A DNA stretch of 64,000 nucleotides, taken from Octopus vulgaris. Lineage: Eukaryota. The notes under the pieces are model-generated. The model saw only the letters and a list, made by a program, of their open reading frames with translations, searched no databases and was not told the origin of the DNA. This document shows, piece after piece, positions 55,721-64,000 of this stretch. The stretch spans positions 74,896,001 through 74,960,000 of the forward strand of contig OX597820.1 of assembly GCA_951406725.2 (NCBI GenBank), read 5' to 3'. Made by a program: the position numbers and the translations under genes. Each line of letters starts with the position of its first letter. The stretch's first letter is position 1.

Positions 55721-56324
55721 GAAATATAATAAGCGTTTTCCTTTCTTCAAAAATAATTAGGTACACTTTGGAAAACATGCATAAAATTGTTCAGTGTTAA
55801 AAATTTTTTGTAAGTGAATGCGCGAGAAATATGTAAATATCTCAGTATAACAATGTTCTGGAACGTGCCCTTGTTTGTCCATATAGGTAATCAGTCAATG
55901 TCTATACAGCACTGGACATATGTTATTCCATTCCCGTTGTACCAATTATAAATGGGGTGATGGACACATTCTTCTTTTGCCATATGTTTGTTTTAGTGCA
56001 ATAAATAGGTCACCATATATCTTTAGTGTTCGTTTCACTTCGCTTCTGAATAACATTATAATTACTTCATATTGTTATGTCGATAATTACTACACAATAT
56101 TCTATTTTGTCATAGAAAATGAAGTCAACCTCATTATGGTTTATCTGGTGGTCTATCTGTTGGCTTATTTCCAGAATATTTTTGCAGTTTTGTTCTAAAA
56201 CAAGGATAGATTTTTGTATAATTATCAGAAAGACTTCTCTCCATCTTGCTGAAACTGGGTTACCTGTCATATACGATTACAGATCAGCGAGGACACAATG
56301 GTGTGCTAGCGAGTTTACGCTATG

Positions 56325-56645
56325 TAGAAGGATCGTGGTTTTGTGGTTGAATGTAACCGGATCACGAATGTAAGGTTGTGAGTTCCATTCCCGGCAGCGT
56401 ATTGTGTCCTTGAGAAAGACACTTAATTTCACGTCGTTCCAGTCCACTCAACTGGAGAAATGAGTTGTGTCTTTAATTTAAAGTGCCTGCTTTGTAACAT
56501 TTTATGTCACACTGAACCTCTATGAGAATTACTCGGAGGGTACGCGTCTCTGTGATGCGATCAACCACGTTAATTTCACGAGTAGGCTGTTCCCGCGATC
56601 TGATCAAATGGAGCCCTCGTCAGGGTAACCGACGAAGTGCCAGTT
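56325..56645 (+). mobile_element. Old tRNA-derived SINE, head related to family C
   Basis: GTGAGTTCCATTCCCGG..TTGTGTCCTTGAGAAAGACACTTAATTTCACGT..CCAGTCCACTCA. Confidence 0.6.
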
Positions 56646-58099
56646 TTAATGTTTGTGTATGCAAGTTTTGGTATCCTCATACTATGTATCATATTGTATT
56701 AGAAAATAAAACGACTCATACAAAATTTGCTATCTATGTTGTAGATTCTTCGACTACAACTTTCTCTAAATCAAGTCGTTATAACCTCGTATGGCGAATA
56801 TCATTGCTTAGTTTATTTCATTTGTGTACATTTTTTTGTACAGTCTGGTGTAATTATCTATTAAGAAATGGGAAATTCAGTTCACGGAGGTTTTAGTTAT
56901 TTGTAGGCATACCTTAATGGCTGTTCCCCATGGTTAAAATATATGCAGTTTATATGTTATTTTAGTTTTCATTTTTGCATTTATTAGTGCAAAAATCTAA
57001 TCTAATTTCTCGAGAGGATTTTATGGCTGCAGCGATAATTGATTTTCTAAATTTTGGGTGATGGTAATTAACACGAGCAAAAGTAGTCATTATTTTGTAT
57101 GTGGAAAGATAGTTAACAGCAAAAGTAATAAACTTCATATATATCTCCCCTATCGCCTTTTCTTCCTCAGTTGCATAACTGTCTGAGGCAAATATTCTTA
57201 CGTAGCAACTTGTGTGATTTTTGAATACATTTCTTATACTACAGTCATTTGAATATAGGTATGTTACATTCAACAGAGCTCATTGTTTTAATTAACACTG
57301 GAAATATTTTAGTGTCAAACTGTTATTTCTCAATGTTCTTTTTTTATTTATTTCTCTTCAAAATCTTTTGACCTTGTCAAAATGTTCAGTTTTCATTCGC
57401 ATTCAGACACTTCTAAATTACATAGCTATATATTCATCTATACATATAAAACGGATTTATTTATCTCCTAGTTCTAAACCAGTTACCAGACTTACCAGTC
57501 CGCCTCTTTGTTTTTTTCACATTTCTTTTCATTTTTCAAGTTGATTTCCCCCCAATACTGAGGTGAAAAGCAGCCGAGAACCATTTATAACAATTTATTT
57601 TTAACATTTTTAAAGGAAAAAAAACTTGCATCTATTTTGGCTCCCATTCACTAAGTAGTATCCTAAGTAGAATCACTTTTCTGTTTCTTTGTTCTTTATC
57701 ACAAAGGCCCGTAACAGTGAATAACATAACGACCAGATGTGCTGCCATGCAGATACTTCGGATGGTTTAGGGCGCAAGTCACTTACGTGGGGTTAAATGA
57801 AACAACTTTGTCTAATCGAAAGTACCATACAGATTAAATTGACTACAAGAAATTGTATTACCGTCCACTAAGCACATTTAGTATTCAGTTTCGTCCTATT
57901 ATTTCTGTATTTCCAAATCTTACTATAAACGATATAAGTGGTCATTCTTTCATAATACATAAATGAAGTTCCAGTGAAATAACATCGATTTATCGATTTA
58001 ATTGACTAATGATTTGGTCCGAATTAAAACCTTCATACTTGATATTAATGAAGCCACATTGGGTAAAATATTCATTAGCAACAGTCTATGAAATATATT

Positions 58100-58312
58100 G
58101 ATTTCAAATTTTGACAAAAGGCCAACAGTTTTGATAGGAGGAGTAAGACGGTTACAATGACACCAGTGTTCTACTGGAACTTATTAAATCGACCCCGAGA
58201 GAATGAAAGACAAACTCGATCTCAGCAAAATTTGAACTCCGAACGAAAGGATCGACGAAATGCCGCTAAGCATTTTGCCCTGCACGCTAACGATTCAGCC
58301 ATCTCGCCACCT
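58100..58312 (-). mobile_element. SINE family B (diverged)
   Basis: TCGACCCCGAGAGAATGAAAG..TTTGAACTC..CGCTAAGCATTTTGCC. Confidence 0.75.
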
Positions 58313-58980
58313 TTACTGCATAAAATATATTGAGACCTGGTGTAGTCAGTTTCCTTAATTTTCACTGGAATCGTCGCTTTCACCAGCTACGTGAATATAT
58401 ACAGAATTTAGTCATGTTAAGAGAAATAGACGTGTTTGCGACTGGAAGTACATTGCCGTCTTAGTAATTGCATAGAATGTTATTCATGAAGATAATTAAA
58501 ATTATAATTGAAGACTGTAGGCAGCGGTTCAAGCAGATAACAATAAATAGGCCGCATTTTCGATAATATTTGGAGCTCCAAATTCATTTTGCAAAAGAAA
58601 CAATGCAGCTACATAATAACAGATGCTGAGCTAATTATTAACAAATACCCTAAGCGAGAAGAATTGTACAAGATCTGTGCTTTCAAAGGCGCCGTACGGA
58701 CTTAATTCTTCCTATCAGACGCACTCGAAGGAACCGGACCTGCTTGAAATAGCAACTTGGCCACTCCTATTATATAAATAAGAAGATAGCATATAAGTTA
58801 ATGTAGATTTACATATCCCTAAAAGAAATGGGTGGTCACGGCTGGAACGCATTTGAAGAAAGGTCTATTCCATCAAAGATATCATGAGGCTAAACATCAA
58901 CTACCAAGAACTGTTATTTCAACAGAAACAGCATAAGTGAAAACAAAAATAAAAAAAAAGAAAATAACTTAGTAACTTAG

Positions 58981-59399
58981 GGCGCAGGAGTGGCTGTGTG
59001 GTAAGTAGCTTGCTAACCATCCACATGTTTCCGGGTTCAGTCCCACTGCGTGGCATCTTGGGCAAGTGTCTTCTGCTATAACCCCGGGCCGACCAATGCC
59101 TTGTGAGTGGATTTGGCAGACGGAAACTGAAAGAAGCCTGTCGTATATATGTATATATAGGTATATGTATGTGTGTGTGTTTGTGTGTCTGTGTTTGTCC
59201 CCCTAGCATTGCTTGACAACCGATGCTGGTGTGTTTACGTCCCCGTCACTTAGCGGTTCGGCAAAAGAGACCGATAGAATAAGTACTGGGTTTACAAAGA
59301 ATAAATCCCGGGGTCGATTTGCTCGACTAAAGGCGGTGCTCCAGCATGGCCGCAGTCAACTGACTGAAACAAGTAAAAGAGTAAAAGAGTAAAGAGTAA
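58981..59399 (+). mobile_element. SINE family A, full-length reference copy
   Basis: A box TGGCTGTGTGG, B box GGTTCAGTCC, CORE-like CTTGGGCAAGTGTCTT, internal AT/GT microsatellite, (AAGAGTA)n tail. Confidence 0.92.
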
Positions 59400-59976
59400 C
59401 TACTCCACAAACATTCACAGTAACAGTTTAAACGAATTAACAAGAGTTCCTTAATAAATCGATTCTAGAAATAACAGCTAAATCTCCATCAAATCACCAT
59501 CGGACGTGAGGGGGCATGAGAGGATGTGGTACTAGATTATCCTTAAATGAAAGAATGGACGTTGCACTACAGCATTTTACAAGCGTTCTAGTCCTTCAAA
59601 TTTGACCTGGGATAAAAACTGCCAGCACCAGATCCGCCATCATCTCTACCATAAACAACAACAACAACAATATCGAATAAGAATACGAGCTCAAAAGGAA
59701 CTTGAATATGAATCAACAAGAGAACTCGTATCTAGTCGATTGTCCTTGCAGAAATTGTAACAAAAGTACTCTATATCTTACCATCTTACAAAACGGGGGA
59801 TATAGATGTATAGAATAACGGTATCTTAAATACACTAAGTTGAATTAAAGCGGTTATCACCAAGATAAATATATATTTGATCATATTTCTGCTCATTCAC
59901 GAATCCACAAGGCTAAAAATAGAAACTAAAAAAACAGCAATGAAAGCTGAATCAAGAGCACATGCATCAATATCGT

Positions 59977-60398
59977 GTCGTCGTCGTAGTTGACACCGTC
60001 TTTGAAGTTGACATCGTGGTAGTAGTTGACGCCGTTGTCGTAGTTGGGGTCATTGTCGTAATTGACGTCGTACCTGATGTCATCGTCGAGGTTGACGTCG
60101 TTGTCGTAGTTGACGTCGTTGTCGTAGTTGACGTCGTTGTCGTAGTTGACGTCGTTGTCGTAGTTGACGTCTTTGTCGTAGTTGACGTCGTTGTCGTAGA
60201 TGACGTCTTTGTCGTAGTTGACGTCTTTGTCGTAGTTGACGTCATTGTCGTAGTTGACGTTGTTGTCGTAGTTGATGTAGTTGTCGTAGTTGACGTCGTT
60301 GTCGTAGTTGACGTCGTTGTTGTAGTTGACGTCGTTGTCGTAGTTGACGTCTTTGTCGTAGTTGACGTCGTTGTCGTAGTTGATGTAGTTGTCGCAGT
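59977..60398. repeat. 18-bp minisatellite (GTCGTAGTTGACGTCGTT)n, about 23 units
   Basis: Seen directly. Confidence 0.95.
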
Positions 60399-60964
60399 TA
60401 GTTTCAAAGAGAAGCCATGAATGTTTTTAACATAGAAATCTAGATTTACTTAGGGAGACAGCAACTGAGTATCGCCTGAGGAGATACATATAGATCTTCT
60501 TATACAGGTAAATCGTTACATAATTTAATTTAAACTTAACTTTAAGCTCTGTATATACCAGGATCTGTATGTATCGAAACATTTGTAGTGATTAAAAAGC
60601 TGCCTAAACTTACTTACTCATCCTTCTCACTCTTTTACTTTTTACTTTATATATATATAGAGATAGATAGATAGATAGATAGATAGATACGCATGACAGA
60701 GAACATAGGCTTCAAATGATTGATTTTCACGCATAACAGTAAAAAAGAGGTTTTTCACAACTGTGAGTTGTATTTTGCTCAAATAATTTTTTTTTAGATA
60801 CAGCTAACTTCACAGTAAAACATCCTTATATAAAAAAAAGAGAAAAAATGGAACGGAGATTGCCGTGTCTCTCACATACAATAGACATTAGATAAGTGCA
60901 TGTAGTTATAAGTATACATACAGAGATATACATACACTCACACACACACACGACAACAAACTGC

Positions 60965-61068
60965 CCCCAGGATGTATTTTTGTAAGCCTGGTACTTATTC
61001 TATCGGTCACTTTTGCCGCACAGCTAGGTTACGGGTGGTAAACACACTACCATCGGCTATCAAGACAC

Positions 61069-61136
<68 letters not shown>

Positions 61137-61320
61137 GTGTGTGTGCGGGGGTGTATATACGACAGGTTTCTTTCAGTTTCTGCCTACCAAATCCACTCTC
61201 AAGGCTTTGATCGGCAGAGGCTATAGTAGAAGACACTTGACCAAGGTGCCATCCAGTGGGATTGAACCCGGAACAATGAGGTTCGGAAGCTAATTTTTTA
61301 ACATGCAGCCACGCCTGCGC
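60965..61320 (-). mobile_element. SINE family A
   Basis: Reverse complement of the 58981 copy. Confidence 0.85.
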
Positions 61321-61334
61321 TTATATATACTTTA

Positions 61335-61689
61335 ATAATAAAGCTGCAAAGACATCACAAAGGCTGTTCACGTTCCGCTTCGTTGAGAAGTGAAACTCTG
61401 AGTCGCAATTTTTGTGATGTCTTTGCAGCTTTTTTAATAAAGTATATTACTCTATCTCCGGTATTCGAGTACCAATCCCCCCATTGTTTCCCATTTATGC
61501 GCTTACTCAGATATATATATATATAAGGAGAATTCACAAAAAAAAACAAAAGACGACGACAATTGGTGTAGACTACAAACAGATGCATTAGTATCACGCT
61601 CGGGAAGTGAAAAAGTCATTAACGTTTCGAGCCTAGGCTCTCCCACAGAAAGGAAGACAGAAACAAACAAGGAGAGAAAATAAAAACAT

Positions 61690-61690
<1 letters not shown>
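61335..61690. mobile_element. Penelope-like fragments (inverted pair plus hammerhead-like motif)
   Basis: 22-bp inverted arms 61340-61361/61411-61432; hammerhead-like motif at 61615-61652; 61530-61625 resembles 40585-40682. Confidence 0.5.
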
Positions 61691-61726
<36 letters not shown>

Positions 61727-62241
61727 CACATACACACACATATATAATTAATAATATTTTACATTATGATATTTTTTATGCATGCTATGCGACTTGGTAT
61801 TATTGTAAACAATAATATACACATATTTATTTTTATTATTTATTATTCACTGCCATCACATTTTCAAATCTGTCGCAGCATTAAAAACGGTCATCACGCA
61901 CATTATTTGAGACGGGCAGTGTTTATGACCCGTGGGTCAGTGAGACTTGCTGATGAGAACTAAGTGGTATTTACACAAAGTTTGAAATCGTGATGATACG
62001 AGTGTCTGGTTTTTCAATCTACGACTCTTTTCGTTATTTCTGTGCCTTCCCCCGATTTCAATTAATGTGCATCAGTGTAAATGTGTGGTTGTAGTCGTCT
62101 TTTGACTGCTATCTTTAGCGTAGCACCCTTATTAATTAATAATTTTTTATCTTATTTTTTTGCACGCTATGCTACTTGATATTATTGTAAACAATAATAT
62201 CTTTATATATCTGTGTGTGTGTGTATGCATATATATTTGTA

Positions 62242-62623
62242 TCTCTCTATATGTAAACGGCAGTTTGTCTGTGTGTGTTTCTGTGTGTCTGTTTGGTTGT
62301 ACCCTCACTCTGACCACGGCTTTCAACCGATTCTGATGAAACTTGACACACACATAGCCCAATGTCATAATTCAAAACTAACGCAGCGAAAATTTTGAAA
62401 AGTTCCCCCAGTTCTGAAAAAGATCGATAAATTCGACATGGGGTCGACAATCAGAAACAAACCACAGATGGTCTAGGGGACGCAACTCGACCTTTTTAAC
62501 TATCAAAAAAATTTATCATCATTTTTCCCCCCATTTTTTTGCTATTTTTTGGCTATAACTCTCTAAAGATGCTTTATAGTTATTTCCGTTACAAACCCGA
62601 GCAACGCCGGGCGATACTGCTAG
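62242..62623 (+). mobile_element. Non-autonomous Helitron-like element
   Basis: A|TC start; subterminal hairpin CCCGAGCAACGCCGGG; CTAG|T end; no TSD; short GT-rich tract near the 5' end. Confidence 0.65.
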
Positions 62624-62764
62624 TATATACATAAAACTGGTGTGTTTGCAACATTGCGTACAAATAGTTATATTCGTCAACGGATTTTTTTTTTTTTTCT
62701 GTTACGCAATTCTACAATATTACATATCATATTAGAATACAATTACTTTCATGCATTTTTCTTT

Positions 62765-63535
62765 TTAACTGGTACATATCTTCTCGTTTTTATTGACCCC
62801 CGAAAGGATATAGGGTAAAATCGACCTCCACGTAATTTGAAATCACAACATAAAGACGGAAGAAATACAGCTAAAAAGTTTTCTCCATCATACTAACTTC
62901 TCTTATTTCTTTATTGTCCACAAGGGGCTAAACATGGAGAGGACAGACAAGGACAGACAAACGGATTAAGTCGATTACATAGACTCCTGTGCGTAGCTGG
63001 TATTTAATTTATCGACCCCGAAAGGATGAAAGGCAAAGTCGACCTCAGCGGAATTTGAACTCAGAACGTAACGGCAGACAAAATACCTATTTCTTTACTA
63101 GGCACAAGGGGCTAAACACAGAGAGGACAAACAAGGACAGACAAACGGATTAAGTCGATTATATCGACCCAGTGCATAACTGGTACTTACTTAATCGACC
63201 CCGAAAGGACGAAAGGCAAAGTCGACCTCGGCGGAATTTGAACTCAGAACGTAGCGGTAAAAGAAATACCGCTAAGCATTTCACCCAGTGCGCTAACAAT
63301 TCTGCCAGCTCGCCGCCTTCTACACGTTAATATCATTGGTTTCAAATTTTCGCCCACGGCTAAGAATTTCGAGAAAGGTGTAGTCGATTTTATGGACCGC
63401 AGTTTTGAACTGGTATTCATTTGATCGACTACGAATGTATAAAAGGAAAAGTCGGCGGAATTTGAACTCGTAAGGACGTACAAATGCCGCTAAGTACAAT
63501 GTCCAGCGTGCCATCTATTCTGCCTGCTGGCCGCT
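62765..63535 (-). mobile_element. SINE family B cluster (four units) with type 1 and type 2 junctions
   Basis: Junctions at ~62902 and 63087/63088. Confidence 0.85.
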
Positions 63536-64000
63536 TTCTGCGTAGTAGCAGGTGATGATAACTGAGAGTTCTGCTTCTACTACTACTACTACTACTTGGA
63601 TCTAAAGATAGTGCAAAGCATAAAACTACTTGTATTATTATAATGTCTAAAATTGTAAAAAGTAGTGTAAATCGTTGCGTAAAAATCAGTCTATGTTCGA
63701 ATTTCATTGCCTAACATACACACACACACACACACACATACATATTTATATGCATGTATATATGTGTTTGTGCGCGGGCGTGGGTGTCTACAATTGCATA
63801 TGCAACATGCAAAAGAAATAATCTATCACTCGGAGATAGTTGTAGAAGACAGAATCAAAGTAAACTGCGAGATGCAGTGAGACATATTTCAAATTCGATA
63901 AGACGCTTTTCGTGTTGAGAACGTCTAAAATTTCTTCAAGTATTTGAACTTAGCGGAACTGGTAAGAATATGATAAGAAACATCTCGACCGAATTTCGTT

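Noticed and set aside
59967-60407. Thr/Ser mucin-like CDS
   Set aside because: TTG start, confined to the minisatellite, and no flanking coding context; kept only as a repeat.
62332-62345. CTGATGAAAC motif
   Set aside because: No helix II between the boxes; it is internal to the Helitron-like element.

Overview
AT-rich, repeat-saturated eukaryotic non-coding DNA (intronic or intergenic). The repeat content (tRNA-derived SINE families, long AT/AC/ATAC/TAA microsatellites, mariner, CR1-like, RTE and R4/Dong relics) resembles an Octopus genome; this is inference, not a database match. No intact cellular protein-coding exon, rRNA, tRNA gene or CRISPR array can be supported; the listed ORFs are microsatellite read-through or transposon remnants. 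Most notable: (1) two tail variants of one SINE family recur joined to other copies of the same family at two fixed positions, suggesting site-specific self-insertion; (2) one minimal type I hammerhead ribozyme with an intact core plus several decayed ones in Penelope-like fragments; (3) a ~1.29 kb diverged palindrome with a perfect 43-bp inner hairpin and a microhomology junction. All coordinates were read by eye, and repeat boundaries are approximate.
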